Below are positions 42,261 to 52,846 of a stretch of 64,000 bases of DNA, piece by piece. The stretch's first letter is position 1. Each line of letters opens with the position of its first letter. The position numbers were made by a program, and so were the translations under genes. Origin of the DNA: Thermotogota bacterium. Its GTDB lineage: Bacteria; Thermotogota; Thermotogae; Petrotogales; Petrotogaceae. Location of the stretch: assembly GCA_051748045.1 (NCBI GenBank), contig JBNJGY010000003.1, positions 19,629 to 83,628 on the forward strand. The letters are read 5' to 3'. Below the pieces are notes generated by a model, which saw only the letters and a list, made by a program, of their open reading frames with translations, did no database searches and was not told the origin of the DNA.

Positions 42261-42308
42261 TTGAGATGATGTAAAAATTTTCATTAAATACAAGGAGGGA
42301 ATCCTAGA

Positions 42309-43508
42309 ATGGCAAAAGAAAAATTTGTAAGAGACAAGGTCCATATGAACATTGGTACAATTGGACATATTGACCACGGTAAAACTACATTAACTGCAGC
42401 TATAACTAAAAGTTTAGCATTAAAAGGTGGAGCTGATTTTACTCCATTTGATATGATCGATAAAGCCCCAGAGGAAAGATCAAGAGGTATTACTATCAAC
42501 GTTACTCATGTTGAATACCAAACAGAAAACAGACATTATGCACATATTGACTGTCCAGGACATGCTGACTATATTAAAAATATGATCACTGGTGCAGCTC
42601 AAATGGACGGAGCTATCTTAGTTGTTGCAGCTACTGACGGTGTTATGCCACAAACAAGAGAACATGTTCTTTTGGCAAGACAAGTTAACGTACCAGCAAT
42701 AGCTGTATTCATCAATAAAACAGATATGGTTGAAGATGAAGAATTAATCGAATTAGTTGAAATGGAAGTTAGAGAATTATTATCAAGCTATGAATTCCCA
42801 GGTGACGATGTTCCAGTTGTTAAAGGATCAGCTTTAAAAGCATTAGAAGAAGCAGATGATGTTGACGAATGGAAATCACACATTTATGAATTAATGGATG
42901 AAGTTGACGCTTACTTCCCAGAACCAGAAAGAGCAGCTGACCAACCATTCTTAATGCCTATAGAAGATATCTTCACAATAACAGGAAGAGGAACAGTTGT
43001 TACTGGAAGAATCGAAAGAGGTACAGTTCATACAGGTGATGAAATTGAACTTGTAGGAGTTGGAAAAGAAATATCAAAAACAGTATGTACAGGTGTTGAA
43101 ATGTTCAGAAAAGAACTAGACGAAGGTACAGCTGGAGATAACGTTGGTATTCTTTTAAGAGGTAAAGGAAAAGATGACGTTAAAAGAGGACAAGTATTAG
43201 CTAAACCAGGTTCAATTACTCCTCATAGCAAATTCAAAGCTGAAGTTTATGTATTAAAGAAAGAAGAAGGCGGAAGACATACACCTTTCACAAAAGGATA
43301 CAGACCTCAATTCTATATCAGAACAGCTGATGTTACTGGTACTTTAGCAGAATTTGAAGGCGGAGCAGAAATGGTTATGCCTGGAGACAATATCACAATG
43401 ACAATTGAATTAATTTACCCAGTTGCTCTTGAAAACAACATGAGATTCGCGATAAGAGAAGGCGGAAGAACTGTTGGTGCTGGTGTTGTTACAGAAATAA
43501 TAGAGTAA
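42309..43508 (+). CDS. tuf: Elongation factor Tu
   Basis: [31 protein letters not shown]. Confidence 0.99.
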   Translation: MAKEKFVRDKVHMNIGTIGHIDHGKTTLTAAITKSLALKGGADFTPFDMIDKAPEERSRGITINVTHVEYQTENRHYAHIDCPGHADYIKNMITGAAQMDGAILVVAATDGVMPQTREHVLLARQVNVPAIAVFINKTDMVEDEELIELVEMEVRELLSSYEFPGDDVPVVKGSALKALEEADDVDEWKSHIYELMDEVDAYFPEPERAADQPFLMPIEDIFTITGRGTVVTGRIERGTVHTGDEIELVGVGKEISKTVCTGVEMFRKELDEGTAGDNVGILLRGKGKDDVKRGQVLAKPGSITPHSKFKAEVYVLKKEEGGRHTPFTKGYRPQFYIRTADVTGTLAEFEGGAEMVMPGDNITMTIELIYPVALENNMRFAIREGGRTVGAGVVTEIIE

Positions 43509-43555
43509 TAAAACAGAATTGAAATAATTTAAAGTTAAAATATTTAAGGATTCCG

Positions 43556-43582
43556 GGGGAGCGGATAGCTCCCCTTATTATT
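43556..43582 (+). terminator. Hairpin after tuf (weak terminator or mRNA stabiliser)
   Basis: GGGGAGC-GGATA-GCTCCCC followed by TTATTATT. Confidence 0.6.
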
Positions 43583-43608
43583 GCAAAAAAGGAGGCGTAG
43601 AATACCAT

Positions 43609-43917
43609 ATGGGGAAAAAATTCATAAAGATAAGATTAAAAGCTTATGACCATAGATTATTAGATGATTCTTCTAAAAAAATAATCGATGCAGTAAAAGA
43701 TTCAGACGTAAAATTATCTGGTCCAATACCATTACCAGTAGAAAAAAGTGTTTATTCAGTTATAAGATCACCACATAAATATTCTTACTCAATGGAACAA
43801 TTTGAAAAAAGAGTTCATAAAAGAGTTATTTACATATACGATGCTTCATCTGAAACAGTAACTAAACTATTAAAAGTTAAATTACCAGCAGGTGTTGCAG
43901 TAGATATAAAAGCGTAA
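43609..43917 (+). CDS. rpsJ: 30S ribosomal protein S10
   Basis: IRLKAYDH, SGPIPLP, RSPH, EQFE. Confidence 0.98.
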   Translation: MGKKFIKIRLKAYDHRLLDDSSKKIIDAVKDSDVKLSGPIPLPVEKSVYSVIRSPHKYSYSMEQFEKRVHKRVIYIYDASSETVTKLLKVKLPAGVAVDIKA

Positions 43918-43952
43918 AAAATTTAATAGATCGGGCTCTGGAGGTGTAATTA

Positions 43953-44582
43953 ATGAAAGGAATTTTAGGTAAAAAAGTAGGTATGACAAGAGTTTACAAA
44001 GACGGAAAGGCTATCCCGGTCACAGTTATCAAAGCTGGACCTTGTTTTGTTGTCCAAAAGAAAAATGTTGACAACGACGGATATGAAGCCATTCAAATTG
44101 GGTTTGATGAAATCCCTGAAAGAAAAGCAAAAAAACCACTTACAGGACATTTCAAAAAAGCTGAATTGAAACCAATGAGACATTTACATGAAATCAAAGT
44201 TGAAAACATTGATGATTATGAAATTGGACAAGAAATTAAGGTTAATCTTTTTGAAGAAGGTGACAAAATAGATGTTATCGGTACTTCAAAAGGAAAGGGA
44301 ACAGCTGGACATATTAAAAGATGGAATTTTAGTGGTGGAGAAAAAACTCACGGTTCAAAATTCCATAGAGCATTAGGTTCAACAGGTAACGCATCATATC
44401 CTGCAAAAGTTTTCAAAGGTAAAAAAATGGCGGGACAATATGGAAATGAAAAAAATACAGTACAAAATTCAGAAGTAGTATATTTAGATGCAGAAAATGA
44501 TATAATAGCGATCAAAGGTGGAGTTCCAGGAGCGAAGGGCGGATTAGTGTTTGTTAGAAACGCTATAAAAGTTAAAAAATAA
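43953..44582 (+). CDS. rplC: 50S ribosomal protein L3
   Basis: [22 protein letters not shown]. Confidence 0.98.
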   Translation: MKGILGKKVGMTRVYKDGKAIPVTVIKAGPCFVVQKKNVDNDGYEAIQIGFDEIPERKAKKPLTGHFKKAELKPMRHLHEIKVENIDDYEIGQEIKVNLFEEGDKIDVIGTSKGKGTAGHIKRWNFSGGEKTHGSKFHRALGSTGNASYPAKVFKGKKMAGQYGNEKNTVQNSEVVYLDAENDIIAIKGGVPGAKGGLVFVRNAIKVKK

Positions 44583-44617
44583 TAAACGCCCGAAAACGTG
44601 ATAAGGAGGTAAGATGT

Positions 44618-45283
44618 ATGGCTAAAGTTGATATAATTAACATTCAAGGTCAGAATGTTGAAACTTTAGAATTGAATGACAATATCTTTTCATTAGAACC
44701 TCACAAAGATCTAATGTATAGATATTTAGACATGCAATTAACAAACAATAGAGCAGGAACTGCCTCGACTAAGACTAGATCAGAAGTTAGAGGTGGAGGA
44801 AGAAAACCTTGGGCTCAAAAACATACTGGTAGAGCAAGAGCTGGATCAATTAGATCTCCTCTATTCAGAAAAGGTGGAGTTACATTTGGTCCAAGACCAA
44901 GAAATTTTAGTAAAAAAATGAACAAAAAAATGAAAAGATTAGCTTTAAAATCAGCATTAAGCTTGAGATTAAGTGAAGGGAATATTATAATTCTAGATGA
45001 TTTTTCATTCGATGCTCCAAAAACTAAAAGTATGAAAACCGTATTATCATCATTAGAATTGACTGATAAAAAAGTTCTTATTGTTTTACCTTATAGAGAA
45101 GAAAAATATGAAAATGTAAAATTATCAGCGAAAAATATTTCCAAAACAAAAGTTATAATAGCAGATAATCCTAATCAAGGAAAAGTTAATGTTGATGGAT
45201 TAAATATTTTTGATTTGATTAATAATGAAAAAGTTATTCTTACCAAAGACATGGTAAAGAAAATTGAGGAGGTGCTCATCTAA
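44618..45283 (+). CDS. rplD: 50S ribosomal protein L4
   Basis: [25 protein letters not shown]. Confidence 0.98.
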   Translation: MAKVDIINIQGQNVETLELNDNIFSLEPHKDLMYRYLDMQLTNNRAGTASTKTRSEVRGGGRKPWAQKHTGRARAGSIRSPLFRKGGVTFGPRPRNFSKKMNKKMKRLALKSALSLRLSEGNIIILDDFSFDAPKTKSMKTVLSSLELTDKKVLIVLPYREEKYENVKLSAKNISKTKVIIADNPNQGKVNVDGLNIFDLINNEKVILTKDMVKKIEEVLI

Positions 45284-45579
45284 TGGAAAAAACAAGAGCA
45301 TATGATGTAATAATAAAACCTATCCTCACAGAAAAAAGTTATATGATGATGCAAGAAAATAAATACACATTTAAGGTAGCAAAAGATGCAAACAAGATAG
45401 AAATAAGAGAAGCAGCAGAATTATTATTCAATGTAAAAGTAATTGACGTGAAAACTATGAACTATAAACCAAAACCTAAAAGATTAGGTAGAAGTGAAGG
45501 TTTTAGAAGTAGTTGGAAAAAAGCAATAATAAAACTTGCGGATGGCTATGTAATCAAAGAATTACAAGGCAACATGTAA
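45283..45579 (+). CDS. rplW: 50S ribosomal protein L23
   Basis: PILTEKS, ANKIEI, WKKAII. Confidence 0.97.
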   Translation: MEKTRAYDVIIKPILTEKSYMMMQENKYTFKVAKDANKIEIREAAELLFNVKVIDVKTMNYKPKPKRLGRSEGFRSSWKKAIIKLADGYVIKELQGNM

Positions 45580-45595
45580 TGAGAGGTGATAAATA

Positions 45596-46426
45596 ATGGC
45601 TCTTAAGAAGTTTAAACCATCAACCCCATCAAGAAGATTTATGGTGATGGCAGATCAATCAGACTTAAGTAAAAACGGACCAGAGAAATCTCTATTAGCT
45701 CCTCTTAAAAGAACTTCCGGAAGAAATAATTACGGAAGAGTAACTATGAGACATAGAGGTGGAGGTCATAAAAGAAGATACAGAATAATAGACTTCAAAA
45801 GAAATAAATTCGATGTACCAGCAAAAGTTATATCAATCGAATATGATCCAAATAGAAGTGCTAGAATTGCATTATTATATTACAATGATGGAGATAAGAG
45901 ATATATATTAGCTCCAAAAGGTTTAAAAGTAGGAGCAGAAATAATGAACGGTCCTAGTGCTGAGATAAAACCTGGTAATGCAATGCCATTGGAAAATGTT
46001 CCATTAGGTTCTATTATTCATAACATTGAATTTGAACCAGGAAGAGGCGGAAAAATAGCTAAATCCGCTGGAACATATGCACAACTAATGGCTAAAGAAG
46101 GAAAGTATGCATTGTTAAGAATGCCATCAGGAGAATTAAGAAGAGTTAGAACTACTTGTATGGCTACTTTAGGAATGGTTGGTAACGTAGATCATATTAA
46201 TGAAGTAGACGGTAAAGCAGGTAGAAAAAGATGGCAAGGTTGGAAATCCAAAGTTAGAGGTATGGTACAAAACCCAGTTGACCATCCAATGGGTGGAGGT
46301 GAAGGTGCTTCTAAAGGACATCTTCCAAGATCACCATGGGGTACACCTGCTAAAGGATTTAAGACTAGAAGAGGAAGAAAGCAAAGCGATAAATTCATAG
46401 TAAGAAGAAGAAGAAAAGGCAGATAA
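45596..46426 (+). CDS. rplB: 50S ribosomal protein L2
   Basis: [26 protein letters not shown]. Confidence 0.99.
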   Translation: MALKKFKPSTPSRRFMVMADQSDLSKNGPEKSLLAPLKRTSGRNNYGRVTMRHRGGGHKRRYRIIDFKRNKFDVPAKVISIEYDPNRSARIALLYYNDGDKRYILAPKGLKVGAEIMNGPSAEIKPGNAMPLENVPLGSIIHNIEFEPGRGGKIAKSAGTYAQLMAKEGKYALLRMPSGELRRVRTTCMATLGMVGNVDHINEVDGKAGRKRWQGWKSKVRGMVQNPVDHPMGGGEGASKGHLPRSPWGTPAKGFKTRRGRKQSDKFIVRRRRKGR

Positions 46427-46439
46427 GGGGGTGTAGTGA

Positions 46440-46724
46440 GTGAGTAGATCATTGAAAAAGGGACCATATATACATAAAAGTCTCATAAAGAAAATAAGTT
46501 CAATGAACGAAAAAGGTGAAAAAAAGGTAATAAAAACATGGTCAAGAGCATCAATGATAATCCCTGAAATGGTAGGACATACAATAGCTGTTCATAATGG
46601 GATGAAACATATTCCTGTATATATATCAGAACAGATGATAGGACATAGATTAGGTGAATTTGCTCCAACAAGAAGATTTGGAGGTCACGTAGATAAAAAA
46701 GCAGCTAAGGGAAAGATGAAGTGA
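46440..46724 (+). CDS. rpsS: 30S ribosomal protein S19
   Basis: [25 protein letters not shown] start. Confidence 0.98.
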   Translation: MSRSLKKGPYIHKSLIKKISSMNEKGEKKVIKTWSRASMIIPEMVGHTIAVHNGMKHIPVYISEQMIGHRLGEFAPTRRFGGHVDKKAAKGKMK

Positions 46725-46737
46725 GGAGGTAATTCAA

Positions 46738-47178
46738 ATGGCTTCTAAAGTTTCAAGAGTCAAAGACGGAAAAAAATTAAAAAGATCCGTATATCATAAA
46801 TTAAGAAAAGAAGAAGCAGCTTCAAAACCAAAGGTGGAAGCAAAAGCAGTTGCAAAATACATCAGAATGTCACCAAGCAAAGGTAGATCAACAGCTAATG
46901 CAATAAGAGGCAAAGATGTATCTGAAGCACTTCAAATATTAATGTTCAGTCCTAAGAAAGCGGCTAGAATAATATATAAAGTATTGATGAGTGCAATAGC
47001 AAACGCTGAAAATAATTTTGGTTTGAAAGCAGAAAATTTAATTGTTTCAGAAATAATGATTAATGAAGGACCAAGAATGAAGAGATTATGGGCAAGAGGA
47101 AGAGGAAGAGCAGATATTTGGCAAAAAAGAATGTCCCATATTCAAATTAAAGTAAAGGACAAAAACGCTGAAGAATAA
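46738..47178 (+). CDS. rplV: 50S ribosomal protein L22 with N-terminal extension
   Basis: [22 protein letters not shown]. Confidence 0.97.
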   Translation: MASKVSRVKDGKKLKRSVYHKLRKEEAASKPKVEAKAVAKYIRMSPSKGRSTANAIRGKDVSEALQILMFSPKKAARIIYKVLMSAIANAENNFGLKAENLIVSEIMINEGPRMKRLWARGRGRADIWQKRMSHIQIKVKDKNAEE

Positions 47179-47195
47179 TAAGCGAGGTGAAATTT

Positions 47196-47828
47196 GTGGG
47201 TTCAAAAGTACATCCATATGGATTCAGAGTAGGTGTTTCCAAAGATTGGAAGTCAGTATGGTTCAGTGATAAGAACTATGACGAATACCTAAGTGAAGAT
47301 AGACAAATTAGAGATCATATATATAAAAAATATGAAAGAGCAGGAATTGCTGAAGTAGTTATTCAAAGACCTGGTGATTCTTTAGTAAAAATAGATATAC
47401 ATGCTTCAAGAGTAGGAATGGTTATAGGTAAAAAAGGTTCTGAAATTAAGGCTCTTAGAGAAGAATTGAAAAAAATGATAAATAATAGAGCAATAAAAGT
47501 ATATGTAGAAGAAGTAAAAGTTCCTTACACATCCTCACAACTAGTATCAGAAGACGTAGCTGGTCAGTTGTTAAGAAGAGTTTCACATAAGGTTGCAATG
47601 AAAAGAGCAATTTCTAATGCAATGAGAAGAGGTGTAAAAGGGATTAAGATAATGGTTTCTGGAAGATTAGGTGGAGCAGATATTGCAAGAACAGAATGGT
47701 ACATGGAAGGAAGACTTCCTTTACAAACATTAAGATCCAATATAGATTACACTTCAAAAGAAGCTCAAACAAAATACGGAACCATTGGAATAAAAGTGTG
47801 GATCTATAAAGGTGACACACACTTATGA
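47196..47828 (+). CDS. rpsC: 30S ribosomal protein S3
   Basis: GSKVHPYGFR, SGRLGGADIARTE, G.IGIKVWI; GTG 47196 by SD spacing. Confidence 0.97.
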   Translation: MGSKVHPYGFRVGVSKDWKSVWFSDKNYDEYLSEDRQIRDHIYKKYERAGIAEVVIQRPGDSLVKIDIHASRVGMVIGKKGSEIKALREELKKMINNRAIKVYVEEVKVPYTSSQLVSEDVAGQLLRRVSHKVAMKRAISNAMRRGVKGIKIMVSGRLGGADIARTEWYMEGRLPLQTLRSNIDYTSKEAQTKYGTIGIKVWIYKGDTHL

Positions 47829-47849
47829 ACCAAAGGAGGTAAATAAGCA

Positions 47850-48278
47850 ATGTTAATGCCAAAAAGAGTTAAATATAGAAGAGTTCATAGAGGTAACAAT
47901 ACTGGTATGACCAAAGGTGGAAGTTTAGTTCATTTTGGAGATTATGGTTTAAAGGCATTAGAAGGCCAATGGATTACATCTCAACAAATTGAAGCATGTA
48001 GACTAGCTATGGTTAGAACTTTAAAAAGAAACGGAAAAATATGGATAAAAATATTCCCTGATAAATCAATAACTTCAAAAGGAATAGGTACTAGACAAGG
48101 TAAAGGTAAGGGAGATGTAGAAGGCTGGGTAGCAGTTGTTAAACCCGGTAAAGTACTTTTTGAAGTTGGGGGTGTAGACTCAGCGATAGCAAAAAGAGCA
48201 CTTCATTATGCTGCAACAAAACTCCCGATAAGAACAAAGATTGTGCCCAGATATAAAATAGGGGGTGAAAAATCATGA
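47850..48278 (+). CDS. rplP: 50S ribosomal protein L16
   Basis: [20 protein letters not shown]. Confidence 0.98.
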   Translation: MLMPKRVKYRRVHRGNNTGMTKGGSLVHFGDYGLKALEGQWITSQQIEACRLAMVRTLKRNGKIWIKIFPDKSITSKGIGTRQGKGKGDVEGWVAVVKPGKVLFEVGGVDSAIAKRALHYAATKLPIRTKIVPRYKIGGEKS

Positions 48279-48475
48279 AGGTAGTTGAGTTGAGAAACCT
48301 AACAGATGTTGAATTAACCCAAAAATTCGAAGATACAAAGAAAAAATTATTCGAATTAAGATTTCAAGCAGAAATGGGACAATTAACAAATACATCTTCT
48401 ATAAAAGACGTAAAAAGAGATATAGCAAGAGTAAAGACGATTTTAAGAGAAAGGGAATTGGGCATAAGGAGGTAA
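48275..48475 (+). CDS. rpmC: 50S ribosomal protein L29
   Basis: LFELRFQ...[14 protein letters not shown]. Confidence 0.97.
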   Translation: MKVVELRNLTDVELTQKFEDTKKKLFELRFQAEMGQLTNTSSIKDVKRDIARVKTILRERELGIRR

Positions 48476-48481
48476 TGTGCA

Positions 48482-48784
48482 ATGCCAAAGAAAAAAATAA
48501 TTGGAAAAGTAATCAGCGATAAAATGGAGAAATCTATAACTGTTGAAGTTAAAGATTTGGTAAAACATCCAGTTTATAAAAAAACAATTAGAAGAACTAA
48601 AAAATACCATGCACATGATGAAAATAATGAAGCAAGCATAGGAGATATAGTTCAAATCCAAGAATCTAGACCTTATTCAAAACTAAAAAAATTCGTATTA
48701 ATCAAAGTAGTTAAGAGATCTATATTTGGAGAAGAAGAGGAAACACCCGAGTCTGTGGAAGAAATTCTCGGAGGTGAAGGCTGA
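48482..48784 (+). CDS. rpsQ: 30S ribosomal protein S17 with acidic C-terminal tail
   Basis: G.VISDKM.K, HPVYKK, HAHDE, ESRP.SK. Confidence 0.97.
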   Translation: MPKKKIIGKVISDKMEKSITVEVKDLVKHPVYKKTIRRTKKYHAHDENNEASIGDIVQIQESRPYSKLKKFVLIKVVKRSIFGEEEETPESVEEILGGEG

Positions 48785-49152
48785 TGGTTCAAGTAGAATC
48801 AAAATTAAGAGTAGCTGATAATTCAGGAGCGAAAGTAGTAAAAGTTATTAGAGTTCTTGGGGGATTTCATAAAGCTACGGGATCATTAGGTGAAATAATT
48901 GTTGCAGCTGTACAAGAAGCTATTCCACATGCTGATATAAAAAAAGGTCAAGTTGTAAAAGCTGTAATAATAAGAACTAGTAAAGAAGTAAGAAGAAAAG
49001 ACGGATCATATATAAGATTTGACGATAATGCTGCTGTATTGATTGATAAAAATAACTTACCAATCGGTACAAGAGTTTTCGGACCCGTTGCAAGAGAAAT
49101 AAGAGATGCTGGTTATACAAAGATAGCATCACTTGCAAAAGAAGTTTGGTGA
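48784..49152 (+). CDS. rplN: 50S ribosomal protein L14
   Basis: [26 protein letters not shown]. Confidence 0.98.
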   Translation: MVQVESKLRVADNSGAKVVKVIRVLGGFHKATGSLGEIIVAAVQEAIPHADIKKGQVVKAVIIRTSKEVRRKDGSYIRFDDNAAVLIDKNNLPIGTRVFGPVAREIRDAGYTKIASLAKEVW

Positions 49153-49168
49153 CGAGGTGGTGAATTCA

Positions 49169-49486
49169 ATGAGAATAAAAAAAGATGATACTGTAAAAGT
49201 AATTTCAGGTAAAGATAAAGGGAAAAAAGGAAAAGTGTTAAGAGTTATACCAAAAACAGAATCGGTTATTGTTGATAATATAAATGTTATTAAAAAACAT
49301 CAAAAGCCAACTCAACAAATGCGAGAAGGTGGAATTATAGAACAGCCTTCCCCAATTCACGTTTCTAAAGTCCAAGTTGTATGTCCAAGTTGTGGTAAAA
49401 AAACTAGAGTTGGATATGAAACAATGGATGATGGTAAAAAAGCAAGGTATTGTAAGAAATGTGAAGAAATAATCGATAAAGTGTAA
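49169..49486 (+). CDS. rplX: 50S ribosomal protein L24
   Basis: IKKDDTVKVISGKDKGK KOW motif, PIHVSKV; ATG 49169. Confidence 0.97.
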   Translation: MRIKKDDTVKVISGKDKGKKGKVLRVIPKTESVIVDNINVIKKHQKPTQQMREGGIIEQPSPIHVSKVQVVCPSCGKKTRVGYETMDDGKKARYCKKCEEIIDKV

Positions 49487-49502
49487 TTGAGGAGGAATTA
49501 AA

Positions 49503-50054
49503 ATGGCTGAATATATCCCACTCAAAGACAGGTACAAAGAAGTAATTGTTCCTGATTTGATGAAGAAATTTGAATATAAAAACAGAATGCAAGCTCCTGA
49601 AATAGTAAAAATAGTTGTTAATATGGGTATATCAGAAGGTGCAAGAAACAAAGGTGTTCCTGAAAAACATGCACAAGAGTTATCAACTATAGTTGGACAA
49701 AAGGCTATTATTACAAAAGCTAAAAAATCAGTTGCTAACTTCAAGTTAAGAGAAGGAATGCCAATAGGAGCAAAAGTTACTCTAAGAGGATTAAATAAAT
49801 ACAATTTTTTATACAAATTAATAAATATTGTATTTCCTAAATTGAGAGACTTTAGAGGTATGCCTTCTGATTCATTTGATGGAAGAGGAAACTATACATT
49901 TGGTTTAAGTGAACAAGTGGTTTTTCCTGAAATAAGACATGATGATGTAAATAGAATTCAGGGAATGGATATCACAATAGTTACATCTGCTAATACAGAT
50001 GAAGAAGCAAAAGAATTATTAGCAGGTTTTGGATTCCCATTCAAAAGACAGTGA
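49503..50054 (+). CDS. rplE: 50S ribosomal protein L5
   Basis: KIVVNMG, FKLREGMPIG.KVTLRG, FDGRGNY. Confidence 0.98.
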   Translation: MAEYIPLKDRYKEVIVPDLMKKFEYKNRMQAPEIVKIVVNMGISEGARNKGVPEKHAQELSTIVGQKAIITKAKKSVANFKLREGMPIGAKVTLRGLNKYNFLYKLINIVFPKLRDFRGMPSDSFDGRGNYTFGLSEQVVFPEIRHDDVNRIQGMDITIVTSANTDEEAKELLAGFGFPFKRQ

Positions 50055-50071
50055 TTGGAGGGATTGTTTAA

Positions 50072-50257
50072 ATGGCTAGAAAGGCTTTAGTAGAAAAATG
50101 GAAAAAACAGCCTAAATATAAAACAAGAAAGTACTCAAGATGTAGAGTTTGTGGAAGACCTAGAGGTGTAATTAGAGAATTTGGTCTATGTAGAATATGT
50201 TTCAGAAAAATGGCTTTGGAAGGCAAACTTCCAGGTGTCAAAAAGGCTAGCTGGTAA
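50072..50257 (+). CDS. rpsN: 30S ribosomal protein S14, Zn-binding type Z
   Basis: 61 aa, CRVCGR...[15 protein letters not shown]. Confidence 0.97.
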   Translation: MARKALVEKWKKQPKYKTRKYSRCRVCGRPRGVIREFGLCRICFRKMALEGKLPGVKKASW

Positions 50258-50271
50258 GGAGGGAAACGTCA

Positions 50272-50676
50272 ATGTGGTCTGATCCCATAGCAGATATGCT
50301 AACAAGAATCAGAAATTCAAATTCAGTTTTTAAAGAAAGCGTTGAGATTCCTGCATCTAATTTGAAAAAATCAATACTTGATATATTAAAAAGAGAAGGA
50401 TATATAAGTGATTATAAATTCATTGAAGATGGCAAACAGGGAGTACTCAAAGTAAATTTGAAATACAAAGGTGAAAGAAGAAGTAAAGAAAAAGTTATAG
50501 ACGGTATATTAAAAGTATCAAAAGCTGGTAGAAGAGTTTATGTTAAATCAGATGAAATCCCATCAGTAAAAGGTGGTTTGGGAATTGCTATAATTTCTTC
50601 TTCAAAAGGAGTTATTACAGACAAACAAGCCAGAGATTATAAAGTTGGTGGAGAGGTAATCTGTTATGTTTGGTAA
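50272..50676 (+). CDS. rpsH: 30S ribosomal protein S8
   Basis: [34 protein letters not shown]. Confidence 0.98.
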   Translation: MWSDPIADMLTRIRNSNSVFKESVEIPASNLKKSILDILKREGYISDYKFIEDGKQGVLKVNLKYKGERRSKEKVIDGILKVSKAGRRVYVKSDEIPSVKGGLGIAIISSSKGVITDKQARDYKVGGEVICYVW

Positions 50677-50691
50677 GGAGGTGTTTTGATA

Positions 50692-51246
50692 ATGTCTAGA
50701 ATTGCAGATAAACCTACTACTATCCCTGAAGGTGTTGAAATCAAACAAGATGGAAACAACGTTATTGTAAAAGGGAAAAAAGGCGAATTAAATTTTGATT
50801 TAGATGATCAATTTGATCTTGAAATAAATGAAAATGAATTAATGGTGGTTTCAAAACCATCAGAGAGTAAAAGAAAATCTAATTTAAAGAAACAAACTGC
50901 ATTAAGAGGAACATATACATCTATAATTCGAAATATGATTATGGGTGTTACAGATGGTTTCATAAAAGAATTAGAAATAGTAGGAATTGGATATAGAGCA
51001 CAAATGCAAGGAAGTAAATTAATATTAAACCTTGGTTATTCTCATCCAATTGAATTAACACCTCCAGAAGGAGTAACTGTTGAGGTTCCTCAGCCAAACA
51101 AAGTAAATGTAAAAGGTATAGATAAATATGCTGTTGGTCAATTAGCAGCAAAAATTAGAAAAATGAGAGAACCAAATGCTTACTCAGGTAAAGGTGTTAA
51201 ATATATAGATGAGGTAATAATCAAGAAAGAAGGTAAAAAGGTTTAA
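50692..51246 (+). CDS. rplF: 50S ribosomal protein L6
   Basis: MSRI, GIGYRA, LGYSHP, YSGKGVKY; alternative TTG at 50686. Confidence 0.97.
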   Translation: MSRIADKPTTIPEGVEIKQDGNNVIVKGKKGELNFDLDDQFDLEINENELMVVSKPSESKRKSNLKKQTALRGTYTSIIRNMIMGVTDGFIKELEIVGIGYRAQMQGSKLILNLGYSHPIELTPPEGVTVEVPQPNKVNVKGIDKYAVGQLAAKIRKMREPNAYSGKGVKYIDEVIIKKEGKKV

Positions 51247-51271
51247 TAGTTAAAGGAGGGCTGAAAAAAAG

Positions 51272-51640
51272 ATGATTAAAAAAGCCGATAAAAAAGCTCT
51301 TAGAAATAAAAGAAGAACTAAAATCAGAAAAAATCTAAGAGGTACAGCTGAAAGACCAAGAATGGTCGTAACAAAATCAGAAAAACACATATATGTTCAA
51401 ATCATAAATGATGTTGAAGGAATAACTTTAACTTCTGCTTCAACTTTAGATAAAGACTTAAGAGATAGTATAGAAAAAACTTGGACAATAGATGCAGCTA
51501 AAAAAGTTGGAGAACTAGTAGGTAAAAGAGCAAAAGAAAATGGAATTTCAAAAATTGCATTTGATAGAGCTGGATATAAATATCACGGAAGAATTAAAGC
51601 CCTTGCGGATTCAGCCCGTGAATCAGGGCTAGAGTTTTAG
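51272..51640 (+). CDS. rplR: 50S ribosomal protein L18
   Basis: [24 protein letters not shown]. Confidence 0.98.
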   Translation: MIKKADKKALRNKRRTKIRKNLRGTAERPRMVVTKSEKHIYVQIINDVEGITLTSASTLDKDLRDSIEKTWTIDAAKKVGELVGKRAKENGISKIAFDRAGYKYHGRIKALADSARESGLEF

Positions 51641-51657
51641 GGAGGTGCAGAAAACAT

Positions 51658-52191
51658 ATGGCTAAAAATAAGAATTTCAAAGCTACAGATGTTGCTCAAG
51701 AATTTGAAGAAAGAATTATTGAAATCAGAAGAGTAACAAAAGTTACTACTGGTGGGAAAACAATTTCTTTTAGATCAGTATCAGTAGTAGGTAATAAAAA
51801 AGGTAAAGTAGGAGTAGGAATTGGTAATGCTAGAGAAGTTCCTCAAGCAATAAGAAAATCAATAGATAATGCAAAAGCTAATTTAACAGAGGTCCCAATA
51901 AAAAATTCAACTATTCCATTCCAAACAACAGGGGTTCAAGATGCTTCTAAAATATTATTAATACCTGCTGCACCAGGTACAGGTATTATTGCATCAGCAC
52001 CAGTTCGTGCGGTTGTTGAATTAGCTGGAGTTCATAATATTTTGACTAAAGCTCTTGGTTCAACTACTATTTTGAATTTAGCTCAAGCTACATTAAATGG
52101 TTTAAAAGATTTAAAATCATTAGAAAAAATAGCAGAATTAAGAGATATCTCCGTAAAACAAGTAATCAATGGCGCACACGGGGAGGTTTGA
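51658..52191 (+). CDS. rpsE: 30S ribosomal protein S5
   Basis: [28 protein letters not shown]. Confidence 0.98.
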   Translation: MAKNKNFKATDVAQEFEERIIEIRRVTKVTTGGKTISFRSVSVVGNKKGKVGVGIGNAREVPQAIRKSIDNAKANLTEVPIKNSTIPFQTTGVQDASKILLIPAAPGTGIIASAPVRAVVELAGVHNILTKALGSTTILNLAQATLNGLKDLKSLEKIAELRDISVKQVINGAHGEV

Positions 52192-52195
52192 ATCA

Positions 52196-52378
52196 ATGAA
52201 AGCAAAGATTAAATTAGTAAGAGGAAGAGCAGGAAAAACAAAAAGGCAACTAGCTACTTTAGATTCATTAGGTTTAAACAAACCAGGCAAAGAAGTAGTA
52301 AAAGAACTAAACGATTCAATAAATGGAATGATTAACAAAGTAAAACATCTCGTTGAAATTGAAGAAATTGAAGAATGA
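52196..52378 (+). CDS. rpmD: 50S ribosomal protein L30
   Basis: [20 protein letters not shown] 52196 after SD GGAGG. Confidence 0.95.
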   Translation: MKAKIKLVRGRAGKTKRQLATLDSLGLNKPGKEVVKELNDSINGMINKVKHLVEIEEIEE

Positions 52379-52391
52379 GGGGGTAAGAGTA

Positions 52392-52844
52392 ATGTCAATG
52401 AATATCGAAGATCTCAGACCCACACCAGGTTCAAGATTTAAGAAAAAAAGATTAGGAAGAGGACCAGGTTCTGGCTTAGGTAAAACAGCAGGTAAGGGAC
52501 ATAAAGGTGCAAAAGCTAGAGCAGGTGCAAGTCAAAGAGCAGATTTCGAAGGTGGACAAACACCTTTATATAGAAGAAGTCCTAAATTTGGATTTACAAA
52601 TGCACCGTTCAAAAAAATTCATTCATATGTAAATATTGAAACTTTAGAAAATAGATTTAATGATGGCGATGAAATAACAGTAGAATTGTTATTAGATAAA
52701 GGAATCATTAAAAAAGTAAATGACGGACTAAAAGTTTTAGGTAGAGGAGAGCTTACCAAAAAATTAACTGTCAAAGCCAACGCTTTTTCTGAATCTGCAA
52801 AACAAAAGATTGAAGCGAATGGCGGTAAGGCAGAGGTGATATAA
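52392..52844 (+). CDS. rplO: 50S ribosomal protein L15
   Basis: [25 protein letters not shown]. Confidence 0.97.
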   Translation: MSMNIEDLRPTPGSRFKKKRLGRGPGSGLGKTAGKGHKGAKARAGASQRADFEGGQTPLYRRSPKFGFTNAPFKKIHSYVNIETLENRFNDGDEITVELLLDKGIIKKVNDGLKVLGRGELTKKLTVKANAFSESAKQKIEANGGKAEVI

Positions 52845-52846
52845 TA

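Noticed and set aside
43550..43574. Pseudoknot between TCC and the loop of the post-tuf hairpin
   Set aside because: Only 3-4 bp; not distinguishable from chance
43931..44593. TCGGGC/GCCCGA complementarity flanking the whole rplC gene
   Set aside because: Only 6 bp over about 650 nt; each arm has a closer local partner
49238..49816. 192-aa minus-strand ORF and the many similar short antisense ORFs over rpoBC and r-protein genes
   Set aside because: Shadows of biased codon usage on the coding strand; no SD or recognisable motifs
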